Shown piece by piece: positions 36,632 through 46,400 of a stretch of 64,000 bases of DNA. The DNA lies in the NCBI GenBank assembly GCA_965222125.1, contig CBDCTC010000006.1, positions 408,435 through 472,434 on the forward strand, in the 5' to 3' direction. The position numbers and the translations under genes are program-made. The notes under the pieces were generated by a model. The model was given only the letters and a program-made list of their open reading frames with translations, was not told the origin of the DNA and did not search any database. Position 1 is the stretch's first letter. Every line of letters starts with the position of its first letter. The stretch comes from Dehalococcoidia bacterium. Its GTDB lineage: Bacteria; Chloroflexota; Dehalococcoidia; Lucifugimonadales; CAZENU01.

Positions 36632-36844
36632 GTATTAGAAGCGCCTTCGCGCTCCTGGACGGCCAAGTATGGTGGCTGTCGAGTGCTATACCCAGTCTGC
36701 TGCGTTCTACCACGTTGTTTTTATGCGAACGGCGACGGCATCATATCCGACTTTTCAGCAAAATTAAACCTTTGCAACATATTATCAGGGTAATCTAGAT
36801 CGTATTGCGTAAGGAAGGGCCAGTACTGCACCCAGGGGGTATGG

Positions 36845-36904
36845 ATGGGACAAGAAGCAGTCTATGTAGGCATTGATGTGGCTAAGGCCCAGGTGGACGT
36901 CGCG
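36845..36904 (+). pseudogene. IS110-family transposase N-terminal remnant (20 codons)
   Basis: MGQEAVYVGIDVAKAQVDVA matches the conserved IS110-family N-terminus (VGIDVAK..LDVA). The sequence then switches abruptly to an antisense GLUG fragment. An AT-richer ~150 nt precedes it. Confidence 0.5.
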
Positions 36905-37080
36905 TCGCGCACCACCCGGCTGGCGTAGCTGGCCCGGATGGCGCCACCGCGAAAATCACCCACCAAACCGCCGATATCGTCACCACCGCTGACGCTGCCG
37001 GTGGTGTAGGCGAACCTGATGTAGCCATAGGCGCTGCTGAAGGAGACGTCCTCCAGCGCCGGGGGGTTGTCAACGCTGTT
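36905..37080 (-). pseudogene. fragment of a third GLUG-repeat gene
   Basis: ...ALEDVSFSSAYGYIRFAYTTGSVSGGDDIGGLVGDFRGGAIRASYAS resembles the start of the beta-helix repeats of the giant genes. It has no start and no continuation. Confidence 0.5.
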
Positions 37081-37282
37081 GGCCACTGGATCCAGGGACT
37101 TTCCCAGAGAATGAAAAGACCCTGCCACTGGATCCCGTCGGATGACTGTCAGCCAACCCCCGGCGGAGCAGCGGCGGACCGGAAGCCGAGGGCTTGGCGG
37201 GATACCGAAGCCGTCGGGAAGGCCGCCACACTTTTGTCGCCCCCCCCCCCGGCCCATCATGTTCCGGTGCGGCCTTCCTTCT

Positions 37283-37392
37283 GTTGCGGTGAAGCCCCGG
37301 CGGAAGGGCGCTGGCCGGCCGGCAGGATGGAGCTCACGCTGAACAACCCCTCCCACGTTGCGGTGAAGCCCCGTCGGAAGGGCGCTGGCCGG
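37283..37392 (+). repeat. two 36-nt direct repeats separated by 38 nt
   Basis: GTTGCGGTGAAGCCCCGGCGGAAGGGCGCTGGCCGG at 37283-37318 and at 37357-37392 (1 mismatch). Confidence 0.6.
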
Positions 37393-37607
37393 GGCTTGTC
37401 CTGGCCGGGGCGCTGACTGGTTGAGTATGTCCAACCCAATTCTACGGCGCCAACCGGAACTTCAGCGCAAAAGCTCTTGATTTTGTCCAGTTGGGAAGAT
37501 GGCCCTTTTGCAGAAGAAATGGCCCTTTTGCAAGTCCATCAGCCACCTGCAAGACTCCCGCATTTCCCGGCAGTTGTCACCGCCTATCTGAACAGGGGGG
37601 ATGACGG

Positions 37608-37683
37608 ATTACAGTACCAACTGGAACGAAATCACGAAGGTTCTCGATTTCGTCAAGTCTGGTGGGCCAGAGTGTACCGTACT
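37608..37683. repeat. ~97-nt repeated element, copy B, left part (split by an IS)
   Basis: Matches 19015-19090 in blocks and ends at the TACT target duplication. Confidence 0.5.
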
Positions 37684-39363
37684 GAGCCTGTCCCAGAAGT
37701 GGAAATTGCGGATAGGGGGAGCGGATAGAGGTCGGAGGGTTCGCTGAAAGGCCCTGGCCTGAGCGGTTAGGACAGGCGACGGAGCGATGGGTCAGCTGCT
37801 GTCATCACTGCAGGTCAGGAGACGGGACGAGGCTCCGGGCCATTAAATAGACCGATCAAGGGGCTGGAGCGCCACACCCGACAGAGAGTACGCAGGTTGA
37901 AGGCGGTGGCCAACATAGTCCACTCGGCCGCCACGTTGGCGAGACCGCGCAGCAGAAACCTCCGTGCCCTCTGTTGCTCCTTGATGATCCCGAAGACAGG
38001 CTCGACCAGCTGCTTTCTCAGCTTGTACGCCTCTCTAGCTGCTGAGGTGGACATCCAGGCACGATGACGGCGCAGCACTGCGTCGTGCGGCCCTATCGCT
38101 AAGCTCCGCCCAATCTCCTTGGCCCTGGTACAGGCTCTGAAGGCTGGGCATGCCTGACAGACAGCGCCGGAAGCCCGGTACAGTCGCAACGGGACTCCGT
38201 TCGCGTGCTGTATACGAACGAACTTGAGCGTCTGTCCCTGCGGACACGTAAAGCTGTCGCTCGGCTCGTTGTAGGTGAATTGGTCCTTGTGATATGGGTC
38301 TTTGAGGAACCGTTGCCGTGACTCGGACACCACCACCTGCTGACCTCGACGGGTGCACTCTGCCAGGTGACTTGCGGCGAAATATCCGGCGTCGGCCAAC
38401 GTCATCTGTGCTCTTGTCCCGGTCGTCTCTTCGGCCTGCTCGACCATCGGAACCAGCAGGGCATTGTCATTGGCCGCATCCACCACGTCCACGGCGGTGA
38501 CCAACATGCCGGTCGCTCCCCCATCCGTCTCTGTGGGTGAGACCATAGCCTGAGCGTTGTAGCCAGCCACGATGCCTTGCCTACCCTTCATCAGCCTGGC
38601 GTCTGGGTCGGTCAGGTTGATGCGCTTGTGGCGCTTCTGACTCGCAAGATCGTCTATCGCCTGCCTCACCTGCTCTCTCAAGACCTCCTTGTCAGCCAAC
38701 TCCTCAGGCAGATGGGCAACAGCAGTGTCTTCTCCCGCTTCGTTCTGAGCCTCAAGGTCGGTTATCGCCCGCTCCAACCGATCCAATAGCCCTCTCAGCC
38801 CCTCGGCATCGTAGCTCCTGTTCACTGACGCGTTGGCGACCACCTTCGTACCATCCACCGCCTGAACCGCCAGATCCACCAACTTCATGGCCACCGCCGT
38901 ACGCACCGTACGCTCGAACAGCTTCCTCATGGCCTGCCGATGCCCTCTGTAGAACCTCCACAGGGTGTTGTGGTCAGGATGCTGCCACCCGGTCAGCCAC
39001 AGGTACGGTATCTGGTCCCGGCAGGCCGCCTCCAGCTTCCGGCACGAGCGCACCCCGGTCATGAAGCCGTACAGCCACACGCTCAACAGCGCACGTGGAT
39101 GGTAGGCTGGCGCTCCCAGCACCTCCCCGTCTATCTTCACCCCAAGCTCCCCCCAGTCCTCCCGGTCCAAAGCGTCAACGAACTCGGCCACGAACCGCGC
39201 CGGATGGTCCAGCGGCAACAACTCGTCAAGCGTCGGCGGCAACATCCACATCTGCTCTCGGCCCATCGGTCGAAGCGGCATCTCAATATCTCCCACCTTG
39301 ATGTCGCTTCAAACGTACACCTGACCCATACTCAATGCCAACCCAGACTTGTGAGACAGGCTC
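37684..39363 (-). mobile_element. IS1182-family-like insertion sequence, 1680 bp, with 4-bp target duplication TACT
   Basis: IRs GAGCCTGTCCCAGAAGT (37684-) and GAGCCTGTCTCACAAGT (reverse complement of -39363), 15/17 identical. TACT is at 37680-37683 and 39364-39367. Removing the IS reconstitutes GTACCG-TACT-GCGAAC, colinear with copy A GTACCG-ATTT-GCGAAC. Confidence 0.85.
37815..39296 (-). CDS. IS1182-family-like DDE transposase
   Basis: N-terminus ...LPPTLDELLPLDHPARFVAEFVDALD...GAPAYHPRALLSVWLYGFMTGVRSCRKLEAACRDQIPYLWL and C-terminus ...VEPVFGIIKEQQRARRFLLRGLANVAAEWTMLATAFNLR. Confidence 0.85.
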   Translation of the reverse strand: MGDIEMPLRPMGREQMWMLPPTLDELLPLDHPARFVAEFVDALDREDWGELGVKIDGEVLGAPAYHPRALLSVWLYGFMTGVRSCRKLEAACRDQIPYLWLTGWQHPDHNTLWRFYRGHRQAMRKLFERTVRTAVAMKLVDLAVQAVDGTKVVANASVNRSYDAEGLRGLLDRLERAITDLEAQNEAGEDTAVAHLPEELADKEVLREQVRQAIDDLASQKRHKRINLTDPDARLMKGRQGIVAGYNAQAMVSPTETDGGATGMLVTAVDVVDAANDNALLVPMVEQAEETTGTRAQMTLADAGYFAASHLAECTRRGQQVVVSESRQRFLKDPYHKDQFTYNEPSDSFTCPQGQTLKFVRIQHANGVPLRLYRASGAVCQACPAFRACTRAKEIGRSLAIGPHDAVLRRHRAWMSTSAAREAYKLRKQLVEPVFGIIKEQQRARRFLLRGLANVAAEWTMLATAFNLRTLCRVWRSSPLIGLFNGPEPRPVS

Positions 39364-39388
39364 TACTGCGAACTTTTCGGTGGGAGGT
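39364..39388. repeat. ~97-nt repeated element, copy B, right part
   Basis: TACTGCGAACTTTTCGGTGGGAGGT matches 19087-19111. Confidence 0.5.
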
Positions 39389-39455
39389 GACGCTGTAATC
39401 CCTGGCAAAGCGAGACGGGCTTCTTGGCGGTGACCCTGGGTTTGGACTGTCGCAG

Positions 39456-39779
39456 CTAGGCGCTGGGTTGCTCTTGCCGTAAAGGTTTCTCTACAGCTTC
39501 GATCCGCAGCCGCAGCCCCAGCGCGCCCACGACCCTGATGACCGTGGCAAAGGACGGGTTGCCATCTTCGGATAGCGCCTTGTAGAGGCCTCCGCGGTTG
39601 AGCCCAACATCACGGGCCAGACCACTCATGTTCTGGGCACGGGCAATCGTGCCCAGTGCAGCGCGGATGGCGCTGCCATCGCCAGGGTCCGCCTCTGCGC
39701 ATAGCTCAAGATGCCGTCGAGCATCCTCCTCGGTCTGAATATAGTCCGCCGCGTCAAACTCCGTCAGTTTCTCAAGCAT
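39456..39779 (-). CDS. higA: HigA-family (XRE-type HTH) antitoxin
   Basis: ...[55 protein letters not shown] is the typical 'addiction module antidote' sequence. Its ATG overlaps the stop of the upstream toxin frame (AATGCTTGA). Confidence 0.75.
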   Translation of the reverse strand: MLEKLTEFDAADYIQTEEDARRHLELCAEADPGDGSAIRAALGTIARAQNMSGLARDVGLNRGGLYKALSEDGNPSFATVIRVVGALGLRLRIEAVEKPLRQEQPSA

Positions 39780-40095
39780 TCAATCCTTCCATTTTGGCCG
39801 CCATCTGCTTGGCTCGCTCGATGTCCCGCCGTTGGCCGTCCTTTTGACCGCCACACAGCAGCACGATCACCTCGGCGCCCCGTCGGATGAAGTAGAGCCG
39901 ATAGCCAGGTCCGTAGTGTATCCGCAGCTCCGACACACCACCCCCTCACCGTCCTTGCATCCCCAAGGCGCCCCGCTCAGACAACGTCCAACCGGGCGAC
40001 GATCTGGCGGAACGCCTCTTTGTCCCACAGCCTGCGCAGCCACCGCCGGAACGTTTCCGTCTGGAGTACGGTGATTATGCCAAAACGGTTCACCA
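39776..40095 (-). pseudogene. RelE/HigB-type 'addiction module killer' gene, frameshifted
   Basis: Three frames carry consecutive pieces: (V)VNRFGIITVLQTETFRRWLRRLWDKEAFRQIVARLDVV(stop), then GCKDGEGVV, then [53 protein letters not shown](stop). Confidence 0.5.
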
Positions 40096-40401
40096 CAGTA
40101 GGTATATCGTCAAGGAGAGAGCGATCTGGGGGATTGTACGGTAGAAGTGGGACTGGGGGCACTGAACTACGAACTCTTGAGTTGGAGGTTGAGTTGCAGC
40201 ACTCTGCAACGCTATAAAACCGCGCTATTCGTGGGCGGTAGAATTGCCTGCGACGGATAGGCAGTGGCCTTCTCGAACGAACCCTGTCGTTGGGGCCCAT
40301 CGCTGTGACAGGCCCCCAACCTTCCGCGCGGCAGGCACCCCCCTGGGCGCACCCAGCGGGGCGGCCTGCCCTCGTCGAACTCCAGCTATTTCGCGGCCCC
40401 G

Positions 40402-43400
40402 CTACTTGGTCGTGCCGCTCGACGACACCCAGTCGCTACTCCCCGCGGAGTTGACGGCCCGCACCCGCACGTCATAGGAGAGGCCTCCGCCGAGGAAGTC
40501 AATCGTGACCCTACTGACCGTGCTGTCGTGGGGGAAATCAAGCCAGTATTTGTCGATGCTCAACTTGTACTGCACCTCAAAGTGGGTGATGGGCGGCTTG
40601 CCCGTCATGTCCGGCATGTTCCAGGTGAGCCGCAGTTTGGAGTACCCCGGGGTCACCTCGAGGTTCGTGGTTGCGCCCGGCGGCACGGGCGTAACCGGCG
40701 CCGCCGTGGGCGTGCCCTGTGCGCTTGCCCAGACGCTGTTCCCCTCGGCATTCTTGGCCCGCACCCGCACCTTGTATGTGGAACCGGCGGTGAGGCCCTG
40801 GATCGTTGTGCCTGTGCCGCTGTGGGAGTGATCGTTCCAGTCAGTGGCCGTGACCAACTTGTACTGTACGTCGTAGCCGGTGACGGGCGGCTTGCCCCTC
40901 ATGTCCGGCGCGGACCAGGAGACCCGTATCCCGTTGACCTCTTCAAACACCGCTAAGCCCGGGAGCGCGCCCGGCGGCTCGTCCACGTTGGTGACGGTGA
41001 TGGTCACGGCGGTGGTGTCCGAGCCGCCATTCCCGTCGCTCACGTTCACGGTCACCGAATAGGAGTTCTGGCCCTCGTAGTCCAGCGCTCCGCTGGTCTG
41101 GAGCCGGTTGCCGGAGAGAGCGAAGTGGCCGGAGTCGGCGCCGCTCAGCGCGTAGGTCAGCGAGTCGCTGTCGGGATCGGTGGCCGCCAGGGGGAGGCCG
41201 ATGTCTTGGCCGGCCGGCGTGTTCTCTGCCACGCTGCGGCTGGCGCTGGCGCCCTCGTCGAAGGACGGCGCGCGGTTGGCCTGCGGCGGGGCCACCACCG
41301 GCGCCTCGTTCACGTTGGTGACGGTGATGGTCACGTCGATGGTGTCCGTCCCGCCGCGGCCGTCGGAGACGTACACGGTGACCGCGTAGGAGCTCTTGAC
41401 CCCCGCATAGTCCCCGCTGGTCCGCAGTTGGTTGCCGGAGAGAGCGAAGTGGCCGGAGTCCGTTCCGCCCAGCGCGTAGGTCAGCGAGTCGCTGTCGGGG
41501 TCGGTGGCCGCCAGGGGCAGGCCGATGTCGGTCCCGGCCGGCGTGTTCTCTGCCACGCTGCGGCTGGCGCTGGCGCCCTCGTCGAAGGACGGCGCGCGGT
41601 TGGCCGGCGGCGGGGCCACCACCGGCGCCTCGTTCACGTTGGTGACGGTGATGGTCACGTCGATGGTGTCCGTCCCGCCGCGGCCGTCGCTCACGGTCAC
41701 GGTCACCGCGTAGGAGTTCTTGACCCCCTCGTAGTCCAGGGCGCCGCTGGTGCGCAGTTGGTTGCCGGAGAGGGCGAAGTGGCCGGAGTCCGTTCCGCCC
41801 AGCGCGTAGGTCAGCGAGTCGCTGTCGGGGTCGGTGGCCGCCAGGGGCAGGCCGATGTTCCTGCCCGCCGGCGTGTTCTCCGCCACGCTGCGGCTGGCGC
41901 CGGCGCCCTCGTCGAAGGACGGCGCGCGGTTTGGCGTCGGTGTGGGCGTCGTCGCCACCGGCGGCGCGTCCACGGCGGTGACGGTGATGGTGATGTCGAG
42001 GACGTCCACTCCGCCCTTGAGGTCGCCCACGACCACCTCGAACGAATACGAGCTCTTGGTCAGGGGCCTGCCGACTTTGATCTGGCCGCTCCCGCTGCCG
42101 ATGCTGAAGTGGCTGGAGTCCGCTCCACTGACCATGTAGAAGAGGGCGTCGCCATCCTGGTCGGTAGCCGTGACGGGCCTGCCCACGCGGACGCCCCGCG
42201 AGGACCCCGCCACCACGCTGCGGGTCGCCGAGGCGCCTTCCCGGAAGACCGGGTCCCTGTTGGCGCGGCCTCCGGTTACCGTGATGATGACCCCGATAAC
42301 GTCGAGCCTGCCCTTTCCGTCCGTAGCGAGCAGTTGGATGGTGTACTCGTCCGCGGGCCCCAGCTTCCTGGCAGTCCTCAGTTGACCGGTCAGCCGGTCC
42401 ACGGTGAAAGGCGACGACCTGGTGTAGACGCTATAGAAGGGCCCTGCCATGCCGGCGGAGACGGTCGCCGTGACCGGGGCGCCCACGGCCGTGCCGACGG
42501 GAGCGTAGGCGTCAACCGTGCGTCTGGCGACGCCCACCTTGTCGAAGGCCAGGGTCCCGGTGGGCGCCACCGGCGTCGGCGTGACCGTCGGCGCTTCGTC
42601 CACGTTGGTGACGGTGATGGTCACGGCGATGGTGTCCGTCCCGCCGCGGCCGTCGGAGACGGTCACGGTCACCAAGTAGGAGCTCTTGCCCTCGTAGTCC
42701 AGGGCGCCGCTGGTCCGGAGCCGGTTGCCGGCGAGGGCGAAGTGGCCCGAGTCCGTTCCGCCCAGCGCGTAGCTCAGCGAGTCGCTGTCGGGGTCTGTGG
42801 CCGCCAAGGGGAGACCGATGTCCTGGCCGGACGCCGTGTTCTCCGCCACGCTGCGGCTGGCGCTTGCGCCCTCGTCGAAGGACGGCGCGCGATTGGCAGG
42901 CGGCGGGACCACTCCCGGCGGCTCGTTCACGACGTCGGTGACGTCGATGGTCACGGTGATGCTGTCCGTCCCCCCGTTCCCGTCGGAGACGGTCACGACG
43001 ACGGTGTAGCGGTTATTGCTCTCGTAGTCCAGGGCGCTCTTGGTCTTCAACTGACCGGAGGCCCAGTCGATGGCGAAGTGGCCGTGGTCGCCGGTGGTGG
43101 CGTCGATGGCGTAAACGAGCGTGTCCCCAGCGTCCGCGTCGGTGGCTGCTATGGGCAACCCGATGTTGGTCCCGGCTGCGGTGTTCTCCGCCACGCTGCG
43201 CGTCGTGCTGGCGCCGTCGGTGAAGACCGGGACGGCATTGCTGACGGGCGGCGCGGTCGGCACGCCGGTGTCGGGCGACGTCCAGGAACCGTCGCCGTCG
43301 GCGTTGGTGGCCCGCACCTGCACCCGGTAGGTATCGCCGGCGGTGAGGCCGGTTATCTTGGCCGAGGTCCCGGTCCCCGCGTGGGCGTGGTTCACCCAAT

Positions 43401-46400
43401 TCCCCCACTGGCCGGGGCCTGCGGCGAAATCGCGCCGGCTGTAGTGCAGCTTATAGCCGGTGACGGGGGGCTTGCCCGTCATGTCCGGCGCCGTCCAGGT
43501 GACCCGCAGCCCGTTGGCCGCCGCGAGTACCCCAAGGCCGGTGGGCGCCGACGGCCGCTCGCTCACGTCCTGGACGCCGACGGTCACCACGACCGTGTCG
43601 TCCCAGGTCAGGGACGCCACGCCCGCGGCGTTCTTGCTGTCCTTCACCTGGATGCTGACCGTATAGGAGTCCTTCGCCTCGAAGTCCGGGGCAGTCTTGA
43701 AGGTGAGCGTCCTCGTGCCCGCGTTGAAGTTGAAGGAGTCGTCGTCGCCGGTGTCGGGAAGCATCCGGTAGGTCAGCGTGTCGCCCTCCGGGTCGGTGGC
43801 GGCCGTGACGGTCCCCGCGGCAGTCTGGTTCTCGTTCGGCGTGAGCGTCTGGGCGCCGGCGGGGAAGGCCGGCTTCTCGTTCACGTTGGTGACGGTGATG
43901 GTCACGTCGATGCTGTCCGTCCCGCCGTTGCCGTCGGAGACGGTCACCGTGATCGAGTAGCTGGTCGTCCCGCTCTCGTAGTCCAGGGCGCCTTTGGCCT
44001 TCAGCTGGCCCGTGCCCGTGTCGATGGCGAAGTGGGCGTAGTCGCCGGTGGCGCCGTCGATGGCGTACACCAGCGTGTCCCCGGCGTCCGCGTCCGTGGC
44101 CGTCAGGGGATTGCCGATGGCGGTCCCGGCTGCGGTGTTCTCCGGCACGCTGCGCGACGTGTCCGCGCCCTCGCCGAAGGTCGGGTCCGCGTTGACGAGG
44201 GGCGGCACGGTGGGCACGCCGGTGTCGTACGACGACCAGCCGCTGATGCCCTCGGCGTTCTTCGCCCGCACCCGCACCCGGTAGGTCGAGTCCGGGGTGA
44301 GGCCGGTTATGTCGTGGGTCAGCACGAGCCCGGCATCGGTTATGACCGCGGCGCCCCAGGTTGCCGTGGTCGCGCCGACGGCGACGGCGGTGCGCAGGCT
44401 GTACTCCACGTCGTAGCCGTCGAGGGTCGGCTTGTTCGTCATTACCGGCGCCGTCCAGGTGACCCGCAGCCCGTTGGCTATCCCACCGGCCGCGACGCCC
44501 GTTGGGGCGGTCGGCGGCTCGTCCACGTCGGTGACACTGATGTTCACCAGGATCGTGTCCGTCGCGCTGCTGGTGTCGGTGGCCGTGACGGTGATCGCGT
44601 AGGAGACCGCCGTTTCGTAGTCCAGCGAGGCTTTAGCCTTGATCTGTCCGGTGGAGGAGATGCTGAAGAGGTTCGCGCCCGTGCCGCTCAGCGATAAGGT
44701 GACCGAGTCTCCGTCGTCCACGTCCGTGGCCGGGACGGGAAGGCCCACGTTGGCGTTGGCGCCCGCGTTCTCTGCCACGCTGCGGTTGAGCGGGCCCGCC
44801 CCGGCGGTGAACACCGGCGCCTCGTTCACGTCGCCGACCGAGATGTTGACCACGATCGTGTCGTCCCAAACCGTGTCCGCCACGCCCGCAGCGCTCAGGC
44901 TGTCCCGCACCTGCACGGTGACGGTGTAGCTGGATTTCGTCTCGTAGTCCAGGGCGTCCTTGACCTTCAGCTGGCCCGTGCCCGTATCGATCTCGAAGTT
45001 AGCGTGGTCGCCGGTGGTGGTGTCCAGCGCGTAGGTCAGCGTGTCCAGGGGGTCGGCCTTGGTGTCCGGGTCTGTCGCCTCGACCGGGTCGCCGATGGCG
45101 TCCCCGGCCACCGCGCTTTCGCTCACGCTCCGGGCTGTGGGGCCGGCCCCGTCGTCGAACGCCGGCGGCTCGTTTACGTCGGTGACCGTGATCGTCACCA
45201 TGATTGCGTCTATGCCGTTGCTTCCGTCGTTCACCTTCACATAGACATCGTAGGAGCCCGCCGTCTCGTGGTCCAGCGGGTCCTTGGTCTTCAGCTGGCC
45301 GGTGGCGCTGTCTATCGTGAACTTCCTGCTCCCTGTCGAATCGGTCATCGAGTAGACCAGGGTGTCCCCTGCGTCGGAGTCCGCGGCCCCGACGGGCAGG
45401 CCGATGTTGGTGTTGGCGGCGGTGTTCTCCGCCACGCTGCGCGACGCCTTTATGCCTTCCGTGAAGGACGGCAGGGCGTTGCCAGTCCAGCTCCCGCACT
45501 GTTCCGCCTTCGGCGAGTCCGTGCTCTTCGCCCCGTCCGTGTTCAGGGAGCACACCCGCACCTCAAATATGCGCCCGCCGCCCGTGGCAACGGTATGCGT
45601 TGTGGGCGTGCCATCGGCAGCATTAACAGTGTACGTGGTGATATCGGTGGTCGTGCCGAGGCCACTGCGCGGGAAGTCGACCCAGTCCGGCGCCCAGGCA
45701 GCGTTGGCGCTGTACTTCTGCCTCCACTCCACTTTGTAGCCGGTGAGGGCCGGCTTGCCCGTGTTATCCGCCGCCGCGGGGGCCGTCCAAGTGACCCTGA
45801 TCCTGTTGGCCAGCGTTACCACGTCGATGTGCATATTGGTGGGCGGGGTCCACCGTTCGAGCGCGTCCGTTACGTTGATGGTAACGGTGATGGTGTCTGT
45901 CAGGTTGCCGTCGTCCGTGGCGGTGACGACCACCGTAAAGGTGTTCTTCACGGCCTCGAAGTTCAGCGAGGCGTCAGCCGTGATCTGCCCGGTGCTGGAG
46001 CTGATGGTGAATCTGCCCGAATCCGCGCCGCTCAACGCGTAGGCGCGCGTGTCTCCGGAGTCCACGTCCGTGGCCGTTACGGGAAGGCCCACGTTGGCGT
46101 TGGCCCCCCCGTTCTCCGCCACCTCCCTCGTGGCGGTGGTTCCTGGGAACGTTGGCGCCTCGTTCACGTTCGTGACGTTGATCGTAACGGTGATGGTGTC
46201 CGTCAGGTTGCCGTCGTCCGTGGCGGTGACGACCACCGTAAAGGTGTTCTTCACGGCCTCGAAGTTCAGCGAGGCGTCAGCCGTGATCTGCCCGGTGCTG
46301 GAGCTGATGGTGAAGCTGCCCGAATCCGCGCCGCTCAACGCGTAGGCGCGCGTGTCTCCGGAGTCCACGTCCGTGGCCGTTACGGGAAGGCCCACGTTGG

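Noticed and set aside
37240-37250. C11 tract as a third phase-variation leader
   Set aside because: Its flanks do not match the CTA-Cn-GAYTT...TCAGGAAG leader. Relative to the only nearby GLUG fragment it would be a G-run on the coding strand, and no intact gene follows it.
37283-37392. Mini-CRISPR: two 36-nt repeats with a 38-nt spacer
   Set aside because: There are only two repeats, no cas genes in the window, no leader, and the repeat lacks typical termini. The surrounding sequence is a patchwork of fragments, so a local duplication or REP-like element is more likely. It is kept as a plain repeat feature.
36862-37434. 190-aa minus-strand ORF, plus ORFs 37111..37416 and 37477..37728, treated as genes
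   Set aside because: They are chimeric reads across a GLUG fragment, homopolymer and direct repeats. The repeated 'VAVKPRRKGAGR' and 'EGSRF.QVWWA' peptides come from DNA repeats whose copies differ by non-triplet indels.
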